DNA of 64,000 bases from Candidatus Micrarchaeota archaeon (GCA_026413805.1 JAOAKE010000002.1:3599-67598), one strand, 5' to 3'; counted from the first letter of the stretch, positions 1 through 10,185 are shown. The notes: a model not told the origin generated them from the letters alone. Program-made: numbers and translations.

Positions 1-231
1 GTATTTGAGCACTCATCCTATTATTCGGAGTGGATGCAGCCGCTTATTTCAGGAGTGGTCGGGACATTCCATTCCCATCCAAATGGAGAGAAAACACCCT
101 CTAAGGCAGACAAGGAGCTTTTTTGGAAAAAAGGGGGAATAAACATGATAGCCGCTTATCCATATTCCTTGGATGATGTCGCCGCTTACCTCGGCGGCAG
201 AAAGATGGCCGAATTGAAGATAACAGATTGA
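1..231 (+). CDS. JAB/MPN (JAMM) metalloprotease domain protein, C-terminal fragment (5' end outside window)
   Basis: Frame 1 is open from base 1. The JAMM motif H-x-H-x7-S-x2-D is visible (FHSHPNGEKTPSKAD). Confidence 0.5.
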   Translation, partial: VFEHSSYYSEWMQPLISGVVGTFHSHPNGEKTPSKADKELFWKKGGINMIAAYPYSLDDVAAYLGGRKMAELKITD

Positions 232-286
232 ATTGCCTTTGTGTTTATTTAGTGGCAATAAATGGTCAAGAGGAAAAACGATCTAT

Positions 287-296
287 TTATAAATAT
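287..296 (+). promoter_or_regulatory. TATA-like box (TTTATAAATA) upstream of the 355 ORF, with a GGAGG-like SD at 344-351
   Basis: AT-rich archaeal promoter-like element about 60 nt upstream of the ATG. A purine-rich SD lies immediately before the start. Confidence 0.3.
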
Positions 297-354
297 TTGT
301 GGTAATAAAATAAAACAAGTGGTATAACTATAATAGTGTCCAGGGAGGGGTATA

Positions 355-2703
355 ATGGAAAATGAAGAAACTGCCCCCGAGGGGCAGGAAAAACAGGAAT
401 TGGGAAAGAACATCTACGATTACATTACTGAAAAGGAGCTTCGCCAGTACAGGAGCATGAATGCAGAGGAGCTTTTAGCCAAGCGAAGGTACTTTGAAGA
501 GGAGATTGAAAGGCTAGTGAAAGCAAGGAAAGAAGAACCAAGATATTACCTTGACCGAGATCGCGCCCGCCTTATTGAAGATTTTAAGAATAAGATGCAG
601 ATAATTGATTCCCTGCTTGCCCAGGCAGAAGCAGCCGATGCCGAGGAGCTTGACGCTGCTATTGTAGAAACCATCCAGAAGCACATTTCTTTGATTACCG
701 ATAAAATGAAGCAGAATGCAAAGGAGATAGAAGCCTTGCAGCTCGAGATAGAGCAGGCTCCCCAAGCAGCTAAAATAAAAGAGCAAGAGGAGGCCATAAA
801 GAAAAGGCAGAATAGGCTTGAAGCATGGGAAAAGGGATGGAAAGCAAAGCGGGAAGCTCTGAACAATGAGAAGGAAGAGCTCGAGGCTAAGCTTGAGAAG
901 CACCTTGCGTTCATCGCAAGGCTTGGCAAAAGAAAAATGCTTAGCGAGGATGAACTAATCGTAAAGCAAAATATTGAGGAGGAAGCAGAGGAAATAAAGG
1001 TGCAAATCGCCAAAGTTACTGCCAAAATAATCAAATTTGAAAAGAAAATAGAAGAAAAAACTCTTTCTTTAAACGAAGAGATAAGCAAGCTTGAAGCAGC
1101 GTTGTCCGCAATTAAGAAAGAAATAGAGAGCGAAGTAGCCAAAAAGAAAGAAAGGCTTCTCCAGCTGGAAGCTTTGAACGAAGAGCTCAATCGCCATCTT
1201 GAAGCAAAGGTGAGATTTCTACAAAGCCACGGGGTTGAAGTTGAAGAAACAAGCAAAGATGGTGCTAAAACAAGCAAAGATGGTGCTAAATTAATCCTTC
1301 CTAAAGAAGTTCCAAAAGAAGTCGAACCTAACCAAAAGGAGCCTAAATTACTCCCTCCCAAAAGAGTCCCAGAAGAAATTACGCCTGACCAAAAGGAGCC
1401 AGGCGAAACTGTCCCGACCAATAGCGCGGACCCGACTAGGGTAATTAGCGACTATGTTGCATTGCTTCGAGCAAAGGAAAAGTGGCGAAATCGCTTTAAG
1501 GGCAATTTCATGCGCAGAATTCTCTTAGTACGGAAGGACGATGCAGTTCTTGCAAACGAAAACCAGATTCGCCAAGACTTCCGAGAGCTTGTGCGAGAGA
1601 CTCTCAATGCTTCCCCCCAAAGAAATGCTGCCCTTAAATCAATCTACGAGGACATAGGAAATAGGCTGAACCGGGGAGACAACGTCACTAGCTTAGAAAA
1701 GACACTAAGGTGGCTGCGAAAGCCGGCAGTGGCAATCGGAAGGGTTGCGATAGGTGCCGGTCTAGTCGCTCTTGGCTCACTATCAGGAGGGGCAGTAGGA
1801 GTGGCAGCGATTGCCACAGGCGGCGTGCTAGGCGGAATCGGCCGCTTTGTTGGCGTAGATGCTGCATGGGATCGCATTCGGCATGCTTGGACTGGAAGGG
1901 AAAAGAACAAGCACGGGCTGGAATACGCAGCTTCTGCCCAAGTTTTCTACAACAATGTTTCTGGAGCTAAGCTAGAAGAACGCGTAAATGCAATTGGCAC
2001 AGAAAATGTTGAAGGCACTGCAAACAATGTAGACAACGCCTTCATAAAATACGCTGAGAACACAGGAAAGAACAGGATGTGGAAGAGGCTGGCTGCATTG
2101 GCAGCTGCATTCATTCCTCCAATTGCTCTGAAATACTTAGCTGGAGGAGAGGCGCATCCACAGGCAGGCACAGGCAAGGCAATACAACCCAGTGAAACTA
2201 ACGCCTCACCCAAGCCAGCAGCAAGCGAAGTTCAGCCACAGGCAGGCACAGGCAAGGTCATCCCACCAGAAAAGGCTACTGCTCCGCCCAAGCCCGCCTC
2301 TGAAGGCTTCACTGTTCCTGACAAAGGTGGCATTTGGCATATCAGCGAGCAGATCGCACAGAAGTACATACCTGAATTCAAGCACCTCCCATCTGCCGAT
2401 AAGAATGTCGTAGTTGATGCGATCAAAGACTACATAATCCAAGAAAAGGATAGGCTGTTTGAGCCACACGAGGTTATCCCCAGGCCGATTGAAAATGGCG
2501 GGCCATGGCTGAAGAAGGGAGCCGACATGGCCTTCAACAGAGAGGATCTATTAAAAGCAATAGAGAATGGGGTGCCAAAGAGGATTCGCGATATATTAGG
2601 CACAGACCTTAAGGGAGGCATTCCAAGGCCAAAGAGCCTCAGCAGTGACATTATAGGCAAAGGACACATAAAGGCAGGAAGGGTAGCAGCCGGCAGGGTA
2701 TAA
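355..2703 (+). CDS. large coiled-coil protein (782 aa) with Gly-rich putative membrane segment and low-complexity repeats; function unknown
   Basis: The N-terminal ~300 aa are strongly E/K/L-rich heptad-like sequence. A tandem TSKDGAK repeat is present. The segment AIGRVAIGAGLVALGSLSGGAVGVAAIATGGVLGGIG looks like a glycine-zipper transmembrane helix. A duplicated PQAGTGK(A/V)I.P motif follows. No recognisable catalytic motif. Confidence 0.6.
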   Translation: MENEETAPEGQEKQELGKNIYDYITEKELRQYRSMNAEELLAKRRYFEEEIERLVKARKEEPRYYLDRDRARLIEDFKNKMQIIDSLLAQAEAADAEELDAAIVETIQKHISLITDKMKQNAKEIEALQLEIEQAPQAAKIKEQEEAIKKRQNRLEAWEKGWKAKREALNNEKEELEAKLEKHLAFIARLGKRKMLSEDELIVKQNIEEEAEEIKVQIAKVTAKIIKFEKKIEEKTLSLNEEISKLEAALSAIKKEIESEVAKKKERLLQLEALNEELNRHLEAKVRFLQSHGVEVEETSKDGAKTSKDGAKLILPKEVPKEVEPNQKEPKLLPPKRVPEEITPDQKEPGETVPTNSADPTRVISDYVALLRAKEKWRNRFKGNFMRRILLVRKDDAVLANENQIRQDFRELVRETLNASPQRNAALKSIYEDIGNRLNRGDNVTSLEKTLRWLRKPAVAIGRVAIGAGLVALGSLSGGAVGVAAIATGGVLGGIGRFVGVDAAWDRIRHAWTGREKNKHGLEYAASAQVFYNNVSGAKLEERVNAIGTENVEGTANNVDNAFIKYAENTGKNRMWKRLAALAAAFIPPIALKYLAGGEAHPQAGTGKAIQPSETNASPKPAASEVQPQAGTGKVIPPEKATAPPKPASEGFTVPDKGGIWHISEQIAQKYIPEFKHLPSADKNVVVDAIKDYIIQEKDRLFEPHEVIPRPIENGGPWLKKGADMAFNREDLLKAIENGVPKRIRDILGTDLKGGIPRPKSLSSDIIGKGHIKAGRVAAGRV

Positions 2704-2783
2704 GGCAAGCCTCTTGAACTAACAGGCTGCCTGCCCTTTAGCATTTTTGCTTCAAGTGCTTATTTCCCTCCCTTGATGTCAAT

Positions 2784-3086
2784 TTATGGGTGCAGTGCAT
2801 TTTTCATTTTGACAACAAAAATATTTGCTTCCATCTCATCTGTGATTTTTTCAATCCACGAGTCAAGATATCTGTAAGGTGTTGGAAAATCCCTTTTTAT
2901 TTTTTCTACTTCTTCCTTGAACGCCTTTAAGATTCTTTCCTTCCCTTCAACAGTTCTTGCAGAAAAAAACTTTTTTTGGAGGCCATTGACTCTTGCCTCA
3001 ATTTGCAAGTATGTTGGCGAAATCAGCACCGCATCACAGCGTTTCCGTGCCTCTTTTGCTTTCATATCACATCCCCCGCCTTTCAT
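2784..3086 (-). CDS. hypothetical small protein (100 aa), last gene of the minus-strand cluster
   Basis: ORF overlaps the 3' end of the 1389-aa gene by 20 nt. It is charged and lysine-rich. Confidence 0.4.
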   Translation of the reverse strand: MKGGGCDMKAKEARKRCDAVLISPTYLQIEARVNGLQKKFFSARTVEGKERILKAFKEEVEKIKRDFPTPYRYLDSWIEKITDEMEANIFVVKMKNALHP

Positions 3087-6000
3087 ACATTATCCTTTCT
3101 ATCTCTTTTATTAGATTATCTGGGTCAACCTCAAACTCCATCCTTCTTTCCTCTATTGCCTTTGTGATGTAGGCCAGGGCCTCACCTGGCTTTTCAAAAC
3201 TGCATGCCTTTTTGAAGAAGCCCTCTCCGAACACACCATCTACCTTGGCCTCCAAAAGAGCATAGTCTCCGCTGAAATACGCCTCTCTAAATTCCTTCTC
3301 AGCATTCGCAGCCTTAACCATCCATATAGCTGCCTCTGAACCTATTTGGTGTTGCGGCGGTTTTCCTTCTTCAACAAAAGCCTTGACGTCCATCATCACA
3401 TCCCCTATCCACTTTGTCGGAGCATCAGCTACTGCAAGAGGGACTCCCAAGACTCGGTCAACAGTCTGGCGGCTGTCCTTGTTATAGTAAGTCCGTTCAG
3501 TTGGCATTGCGCGGATTATTTCTGCCATGGTTTCAACAAAAGGATCATTGAAGCCTATCCTTGCTTCCCCTACTACGAACTTTTTGGTCAATGGCTTCGC
3601 CCACGGGACCTCTTCGGCATCCCTGGTCCCAAGACAATCACTGACGTAATAAGAAACCTCAAAGTGGGCTGCTCGCCTCAGTATGTTTATATTATATGTG
3701 AAAGAGTGGTCGCTGCCATTTATGTATAGATTCCCATTGTTTTCAGTTACGCAGAATGGGTGGTCCCCTCTAACTTTGCGCAGGTGGGGTATAAGCTCCT
3801 TGTATTCGGCACTCTGGACATTAGTGCAAACAACAGAGTTTCTCTCAACCTGTTTCTTCAAATCATATGCAAAGAGCATTTGCGGGAGCATAATATTCTG
3901 GATATTTGAAAGGAGATGGCCCATGTCTCCAGTCGTTTTTGCATTTTTGAGAACATTCTTTAAGATAATAGAGATAAGCGCAAGGTCGCCAGTTATTCTA
4001 CTTGGAGCAAGGAGGTCGGCAGCGAGCCCTGCGTATTCTTCTCTCAGGGGCGCCATGTTCTTTTCGCTTTTCGTTATTATTGAAGAAGCTTCAAGCAAGT
4101 CTCTTTCCATCTCATCAATTTTCTTCATCTTTTCTTCGGTCTCAAATTTGTTTAGGACTTTTCTCATGTAGCTGCAGATACTTTTTATATATCCATCCAT
4201 GGCCTCTTTGATGCTGGCAGGGTCGCTTTTCCCCATTGCCTCTTCCAATTTCTGCCTGGCAGAATTCATCTCCCAAGTCATCTCCTCCGAGAAGTAGTCT
4301 TTCTGCAGCTCTACAACAGGCCGAGTCTGGAACCTTTTAGAATACTGCGCTACTGACCGCATCAGCGAGAGCCTGGCAATGAGAGCTCCATCGTGTTTTT
4401 CTTTAGTTTGGCCAACCAATTCTTTTTCAATATTCTTTTCAATTAGCTTAATCGCCTCTTTTAGCTCGAGATAGGCCAATCCCTTTGCCTTGAGCCTTTC
4501 ATAAATTGTAAAGGGCACTTCTATGGGCAGCGCCTTATTCTTAAGAAATTCTGCTGCAAATGTTGTCCCATTATCCAGGTCAAATCTCGCTATCTCTTCT
4601 ATATATGGGTAATAGTAGTCAAGGGCCGTTCGCCTTTCTGCTATTTTTTTCGCAATTGCATTAGTTATCCATTCAACTGCGATTAGCTCTGGTCTTGATG
4701 TCAATATGAGCTCGTCCAACCTTTTTCCGCCATCCACATTGCACAGCCGCAGTATCAGCTTGTTTTTAGTTGGGAAAGTGGACCAAATTTCGTTTAGAGC
4801 ATCCTCCCCAATATTCGGGTTTTCCTTAGCAATGCTCAACTCCGTCTTGGCCACTTCCATCTTCAATCTCCACCCGACATCGCGCCCAGAGCGGATAGAG
4901 CGGATTTCCATCAAGTCAGATTGGGTAAATGGGTAGCCCCCCTCAGCAAGTTTCCTTATCAGCCTTAGCAGATGTGGCTCTTTTTTTGCCGCTTCAAAAA
5001 GCTTCTTTTTTAGCCCCACATCCACCCAATCTCTAACTTCATGGCCACTAAGAGTTAGCATCCCTTCCAATTCAAAATAAGTTTTCTTGTTTCCGCCCAT
5101 CCATTCATCAAGGAGGTTTAGGAATCGTTTGCGCTTGCCAGTCAACTCCAAAAGTTCATCAGGAGTCTTTGTGGAAATTTGGGGAAGGAACAGCACTAAT
5201 TCCTCAATCGTCATCTTGCCAAGGAGGTCTACGCTTCGTAGGCACCTTGACTTTATCTCTTCAAAAGGGGTGCTAGGGAAAGCTTTCAGATACAGCTGTA
5301 CAAGTTCTTTGGCGATCATTCCCGCTATGCTATTTGAGTGCTTAGAGAGGGCAGCAACAACCCCCTCGTTCCCAAGTATGTCTAGGATTTCAATTACCCG
5401 GCCATCTTCTAGGAAAGAGAAGCAGACTTCATCCACAAGGCTAACAAGGCTTAGGTTATTTTTGTTCTTTTCAAAAACGCCCTTTGCTAGTCTTGCTATC
5501 TCTTGGTTGCGCCCCAAGGCTATCCTTTCTACTGTTTCTGCAGCATACTCCCAGTCCTCTTTGATTCTGGGCCTGCTATCAGGTGCTTCAACGATTTCAG
5601 GGCGTCTTTCTTTTATTGGTTGTGCGCTTGAAATGATCGATTCGTAACCTCTTTTTATCATTTCGCTTTTTATATGGTCTAAAACTTGCGGGGAGGACTT
5701 CTCAAGGGCGGCATAGTAAAGCTCTCTTAGGAACTTCTCTCTGCTCTCTTTTGACATTTCCTCAGCACCCTTTATCAGTTTTCCTATTTCTTCTACTAAG
5801 GCCGGTTCCTCACCTCGCTTTGAAGACTCTTCTAGCCGATTCAAGAAGAAATCAAAAAACGATTTCATCATGACTTGTGCGCCTTTTTCATCCATCGCTT
5901 TGGCGTACTTTTCCTGCGCAGGAGAAAGCCTTGGCTTTCCAGTTACTTCGCCCGGCTTGATTTTTAGGCCGGTTACTCCCTTTGAAACAATCCGAGGCAG

Positions 6001-7236
6001 GCCCAAAAGGCCCCCACTTACAAGCAGGTTAGTGACATCATCAGGGCTCAATCCATATTTTTCAGCATTCAGTGATAGGTAAGTGCCGCTTGTCCCAACC
6101 TCAATCAGGAGGAACTTGCCAGCTAATGAACTGATGCCCATGCCTGCCTTTCCAACTGCAGCAAGAGCCGCGCCGCTAGATTCGATGGCAGACATGCCAG
6201 CGGTTTGCCCTATAAAACTAAGCATTCTGCCAGCAGCTTTGACATAAGCAAAAAATGGGGCTGCCATGGTAGCCGCCATAAGAGCCCCATGGACCTTGTC
6301 CTCCCAGCTGCTCTCTTTTTTGAAAGAGTCCATTACATCCTTTCCAAAATAAAGATAGCCTGCAAGCTGGGTTGGGGGGTAGGCTAATGCAGCCACTGCA
6401 AGCAGAGTCGGAGCCGCGGTCACAAGAGGCTCTGCAGCATGATATACCTTGTCGCCGATGCCTTTGGCTTCCCTTACTTTTTTTCGATATAGGAAGCTTG
6501 AAAGCTGTTTTTGCTCAAATTGCAAATAAGCATTGTTGAATCTTTCAAGTGATTTGCGGTAATTTGCAACCTCTTCGGCAAATCTTGCGTTGCTGCTCCA
6601 CCTAATTTGTGGAAGATTGGACGGGAGGAGGGAAGCATATTCTCTTTCAAGCTGCTTATTCGTGCTGCTGATGTACTCCATCTTGCCATTTATTTTATCT
6701 TGCATGCTGTAGAGGTTGAAGAGTTTTGAATACGCAAGGTAAGTGTTGGCATCTCTCAGGACGTTAAACCTGCTTTGGCAGTCAGGCATCTTGCCAAACT
6801 GGGCTCCCCACAATATGTAAGGAGTAAAGCGGCTGAGCAAATAGCTTGCAAGGGCATTGGCCGCCTTGGCAAATTCTTCAGGATCTTTGAGCGCTTTTGA
6901 TACTCTTTCCAATCTTTTTATGGTCAGCTCAACTTCGGAATATTGCTTTTCAAATGTTGACAACTGCAAGCTGTTCAATACTGCTTTGGCGTTGGCGTAG
7001 CCCATCCTCTCAAGCAAAGCAACCTGCTCTTCTGCGCTTTTCGCCTCATTTATAAGACCTATTAGCTCCCTTTCGCATTTTTTTGCAAGAAGCAGCTTGT
7101 CCCACGCCCCCTTGAATGTAGGGTCAAATAAATGCTCTTCTCTCACTTCTCTTTCTTCAGGGGGCTCTCTTCTGCCTACAACCTTGACCTCAACCTCCTT
7201 AGAGAATGACTGGAATAAAAGCACCATGGGGTGCAC
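3067..7236 (-). CDS. giant hypothetical protein (1389 aa), no recognisable domain
   Basis: Uninterrupted 4.17-kb ORF. There is an internal hydrophobic/Ala-Gly-rich stretch (PFFAYVKAAGRMLSFIGQTAGMSAIESSGAALAAVGKAGMGISSLAGKF). It sits immediately downstream of the beta-helix/vWA/MoxR genes with small intergenic gaps. Confidence 0.65.
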   Translation of the reverse strand: MHPMVLLFQSFSKEVEVKVVGRREPPEEREVREEHLFDPTFKGAWDKLLLAKKCERELIGLINEAKSAEEQVALLERMGYANAKAVLNSLQLSTFEKQYSEVELTIKRLERVSKALKDPEEFAKAANALASYLLSRFTPYILWGAQFGKMPDCQSRFNVLRDANTYLAYSKLFNLYSMQDKINGKMEYISSTNKQLEREYASLLPSNLPQIRWSSNARFAEEVANYRKSLERFNNAYLQFEQKQLSSFLYRKKVREAKGIGDKVYHAAEPLVTAAPTLLAVAALAYPPTQLAGYLYFGKDVMDSFKKESSWEDKVHGALMAATMAAPFFAYVKAAGRMLSFIGQTAGMSAIESSGAALAAVGKAGMGISSLAGKFLLIEVGTSGTYLSLNAEKYGLSPDDVTNLLVSGGLLGLPRIVSKGVTGLKIKPGEVTGKPRLSPAQEKYAKAMDEKGAQVMMKSFFDFFLNRLEESSKRGEEPALVEEIGKLIKGAEEMSKESREKFLRELYYAALEKSSPQVLDHIKSEMIKRGYESIISSAQPIKERRPEIVEAPDSRPRIKEDWEYAAETVERIALGRNQEIARLAKGVFEKNKNNLSLVSLVDEVCFSFLEDGRVIEILDILGNEGVVAALSKHSNSIAGMIAKELVQLYLKAFPSTPFEEIKSRCLRSVDLLGKMTIEELVLFLPQISTKTPDELLELTGKRKRFLNLLDEWMGGNKKTYFELEGMLTLSGHEVRDWVDVGLKKKLFEAAKKEPHLLRLIRKLAEGGYPFTQSDLMEIRSIRSGRDVGWRLKMEVAKTELSIAKENPNIGEDALNEIWSTFPTKNKLILRLCNVDGGKRLDELILTSRPELIAVEWITNAIAKKIAERRTALDYYYPYIEEIARFDLDNGTTFAAEFLKNKALPIEVPFTIYERLKAKGLAYLELKEAIKLIEKNIEKELVGQTKEKHDGALIARLSLMRSVAQYSKRFQTRPVVELQKDYFSEEMTWEMNSARQKLEEAMGKSDPASIKEAMDGYIKSICSYMRKVLNKFETEEKMKKIDEMERDLLEASSIITKSEKNMAPLREEYAGLAADLLAPSRITGDLALISIILKNVLKNAKTTGDMGHLLSNIQNIMLPQMLFAYDLKKQVERNSVVCTNVQSAEYKELIPHLRKVRGDHPFCVTENNGNLYINGSDHSFTYNINILRRAAHFEVSYYVSDCLGTRDAEEVPWAKPLTKKFVVGEARIGFNDPFVETMAEIIRAMPTERTYYNKDSRQTVDRVLGVPLAVADAPTKWIGDVMMDVKAFVEEGKPPQHQIGSEAAIWMVKAANAEKEFREAYFSGDYALLEAKVDGVFGEGFFKKACSFEKPGEALAYITKAIEERRMEFEVDPDNLIKEIERIMYERRGM

Positions 7237-7318
7237 CTAATACAGATAGTTAGCCCCCGCACATTATTATTTCTTCTTCTATTTCCCTGCGCACCTAAAA
7301 GGAGCATGCCGTTTTGGC

Positions 7319-8260
7319 TTACCTAAAGATTATCTCGCCGCTTAATTTTTTATATCCAGTATAATGGCGGCTTTTCCCTCCTAAAAATATCGTTGCTCCT
7401 TGCAGTTCAAAGCCAGTGTAGTCTCGCACATCCCCAAATACGTGGATTTTGCCTCCGCTTGCGCGATAGCCCGTATAGTCCATTGCGTTTTTCAGCACAA
7501 AGATTTCCCCTCCTTTCATTTCGCACCCTACCCAGTTCCTTGCGTTCCCAACGACATTTAGCACCCCGCCCTCCATTTTTTCACCGCCGAAGTCCAGCAC
7601 GTCTCCAATGACGCTCACTTGCCCGCCAACCATCTGCGAGCCAGTGAAATTCCCACAGCTTCCTTCAACTACGAACCTTCCACAGACCATGCCCTTTGCG
7701 CTGTAGTCTCCTAAGTTGCCTTTGACCACGACATCCTTTTTGTTCCGGCATCCAAGGTAATTTATCCTCACATCAAGATGCCTCAAGCTTATTATGAACT
7801 CGTCGTCTTTGCAAGCGTTGATTAAATCCGAAAGGAATAGGCCCGCCCTATCGCTAAAATTCTTTTCGTGCTGGTATTTCCTCAGCAGCAAGACAAACTC
7901 GGCTATGTCAGCAGCTCCATAACCAGTGCGCGCTATGCTCTCGAGCAGGAGTTGGGCATGGGTTTTTGGCATGTGGTCTTTGCGTGGCACAGCCGTATAG
8001 TGGAAAGTGGAAAACAGGTCAGCAAAAAAGTCAGATGCAAATCCTTTCATCGGGGATTCAGCAGGGGCATAGTAGTCTTTCAGCTGCATTACTTTCAAGA
8101 ACGCCCTTTCCATCTCCCCTGCCTTTAAGCTATTTGTAGAAATGCCTTTGGCTTCTTCTAAGATTGGCGGCTGTGGGACAAACTTTCCAAGGAGCAAGCG
8201 CCCATTCCCATCTGGCAATAATTGCATTCTCCCATTCAAGTTCTTCTTAAATGACTGCAC
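7319..8260 (-). CDS. GXGXG-motif beta-helix protein (glutamate synthase C-terminal domain / FwdC-like fold) with unique N-terminal domain
   Basis: The C-terminal 150 aa show repeated G-x-G-x-x-G/V turns (GDYSAKGMVCGRFVVEGSCGNFTGSQMVGGQVSVIGDVLDFGGEKMEGGVLNVVGNARNWVGCEMKGGEIFV...). This is characteristic of the GXGXG right-handed beta-helix. Confidence 0.6.
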   Translation of the reverse strand: MQSFKKNLNGRMQLLPDGNGRLLLGKFVPQPPILEEAKGISTNSLKAGEMERAFLKVMQLKDYYAPAESPMKGFASDFFADLFSTFHYTAVPRKDHMPKTHAQLLLESIARTGYGAADIAEFVLLLRKYQHEKNFSDRAGLFLSDLINACKDDEFIISLRHLDVRINYLGCRNKKDVVVKGNLGDYSAKGMVCGRFVVEGSCGNFTGSQMVGGQVSVIGDVLDFGGEKMEGGVLNVVGNARNWVGCEMKGGEIFVLKNAMDYTGYRASGGKIHVFGDVRDYTGFELQGATIFLGGKSRHYTGYKKLSGEIIFR

Positions 8261-8269
8261 TTTCTCATC

Positions 8270-10174
8270 CTACCGTTTCCCCTTTGCAAGCTGCTGCCTC
8301 ATCCCTTTTTCTGCCTCTTGAATGATTATCCTTGCGCCTTCTGAAATGTCCTTGACAGAGTGATAGACCGTCAGCTTTCCAGAAGTTTCAATCCCCACCT
8401 CCCATGCAGGGGCGCTTGTTATGACCGCTACGCTGTTGGCTTCCTTTAGCTCTTCAAGCAGCTCAAGCATCTTGCGCTTGTTGTGAATTTTCATGTCGCT
8501 TACCAAATACACATGCAGGTCCTTCTCAGAGAAGTTTTCTGAAAGCCCGTTGCCTATTGCAGCCTCTTGCGCATGCTTTTTTGCAAACACCACATTCTCC
8601 AAAAGGCTTTGCAAATTGCCGCTGTTAAATGGGGCCTCTAATCGGGCCTGCATCCCAGAATTCTTTTTGAGCATCAGCCGCCCCATTGCAGTGTCTATCA
8701 AAGTGCCACCGCCCTGATACGCCAATATTGCGGCGCAGGCAAGGCGAAGGTCACAGGTGTATGGCAGGCAGTATGTTTTAGAGCCGAAGTTGATTACTCC
8801 TACTTTGCCGCCAAGCTGGATGGTCGTTTTGGCAATTCCAACCGCAATTGCAGCAAGCACAGAAGTTGACTTCTCAGGGTCGCCCATAGTCAGGCTGGCA
8901 TCCTGTATTATCAGGGAATTTTCAGGGGCATAATCAGTCTTGCGGAAAACCCTTGGGGCCTCGCCAACCATCATGGTGATGCCGGGCAAAACCTTTCCGC
9001 CAGAAGTCTCTGGCAAGGCCCTTTCCATCGGGTTGCCAAGGAAGAACCTATCAGTTCCGCTCATTCTTTTTTGCTCCGCGAGAATCTCTTTGGCGGGCTT
9101 GCCAGCCACTGCAGGATAGTTTTCAATAAGCTTCAAGTAATATTCAACAGTCTGCCTCTTTACCCAAAGCCCACCGCCAGAAGTCCCTGCGCCAAGGAAA
9201 GGGTTCATGAGCTCGCCTTTGCCTTCTCCCCCTTCAATTTCAATCCCTGCCCTTTTTGTTATCCTTTCAAGTTCCTCTTTTGAGGCAAAAGGCGCAATTT
9301 TTGAGAGGGCAATGTCAATGTCTGCGCGCCTGGCCTTTCGTATCATCTCGGTTGCGTCGCTGTCAATAGGTTCCATCTTTCCTTCATAGGCCTCTCCCAA
9401 GGAAAATCTGCCCTTGCCGATTCCAAATGACCTTGAAAAGTAACGCTCTCCCCAGAAGTTTCGCATCACCTCTAAGAACACCACTGCTGCATTTTCAAGT
9501 GCCCTAGGCTCAAACGGGGCATTCTTAAAGTCAATGCAAAATAGCCTTTCCAAGAAAGGCGCATGCTCTTTTTCAGAGGCTCCAGTTTCCCCCGCTTGCT
9601 TTTCAAGATAAGCAAGAATGAGGCTTGCAAACTCATCCTTGCTTGCTATTGCCTCTGCTTTGCGGAGGCATAAGACAAACCTGCTTCTTTGAGGGCAAAT
9701 GGCATTGTTTGCATCGTTTATCAAGCGCGAGAGCTTGCGGAAGGCAGCCTCTGCAAAGGCGATGCCATGCGAGTCCCCAGCATTCTCGTGTATATAGTGC
9801 TGCAAAAGCATGATATTTTGGTAGTTCCTTGGAAAGTTCATATACGATCCAATCACCCCTGTCATCATGCCAGCAAGCACTAAGTCAAGGTCAATGCCGC
9901 TGTTTTGGGAGAGGCGGAATGCAAATGCAGGGTCAATATATGGCCTGCCCGAGGCAAAGTCAAAGTGCATCCCACTGAAAGGAAAAGGGGGCTTTTCAAG
10001 CGCAGGATCTTTTATGACTGGAAGGTGGAATGTTGCCCTGCATTCCTCCCAAATCTTCAATGCCTTTTCCTTTGGGACAAGGGTTGCTTGCTCCAGCAGG
10101 GGTTCACTTTCAGTCTTGCCAGCCTTTCTATTTGTTTTGGAATATTGGGCAAGGAGGCTCCTGTTGCGCAGCAT
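8270..10174 (-). CDS. von Willebrand factor A (vWA) domain protein with long N-terminal region
   Basis: The C-terminal ~200 aa carry a MIDAS-like DxSxT motif (IQDASLTMGD). The hydrophobic core is typical of vWA (VLAAIAVGIA...VGVINFGSKTY...YQGGGT). It lies 11 nt downstream of the MoxR ATPase gene. Confidence 0.65.
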   Translation of the reverse strand: MLRNRSLLAQYSKTNRKAGKTESEPLLEQATLVPKEKALKIWEECRATFHLPVIKDPALEKPPFPFSGMHFDFASGRPYIDPAFAFRLSQNSGIDLDLVLAGMMTGVIGSYMNFPRNYQNIMLLQHYIHENAGDSHGIAFAEAAFRKLSRLINDANNAICPQRSRFVLCLRKAEAIASKDEFASLILAYLEKQAGETGASEKEHAPFLERLFCIDFKNAPFEPRALENAAVVFLEVMRNFWGERYFSRSFGIGKGRFSLGEAYEGKMEPIDSDATEMIRKARRADIDIALSKIAPFASKEELERITKRAGIEIEGGEGKGELMNPFLGAGTSGGGLWVKRQTVEYYLKLIENYPAVAGKPAKEILAEQKRMSGTDRFFLGNPMERALPETSGGKVLPGITMMVGEAPRVFRKTDYAPENSLIIQDASLTMGDPEKSTSVLAAIAVGIAKTTIQLGGKVGVINFGSKTYCLPYTCDLRLACAAILAYQGGGTLIDTAMGRLMLKKNSGMQARLEAPFNSGNLQSLLENVVFAKKHAQEAAIGNGLSENFSEKDLHVYLVSDMKIHNKRKMLELLEELKEANSVAVITSAPAWEVGIETSGKLTVYHSVKDISEGARIIIQEAEKGMRQQLAKGKR

Positions 10175-10185
10175 CTCATCTACCC

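Noticed and set aside
546-1421. 291-aa minus-strand ORF antisense to the coiled-coil gene, plus the 129-aa ORF 514..903
   Set aside because: Ser/Leu-rich low-complexity translation of the antisense strand of a GAA/AAG-rich coding region. It is fully embedded in the 782-aa gene.
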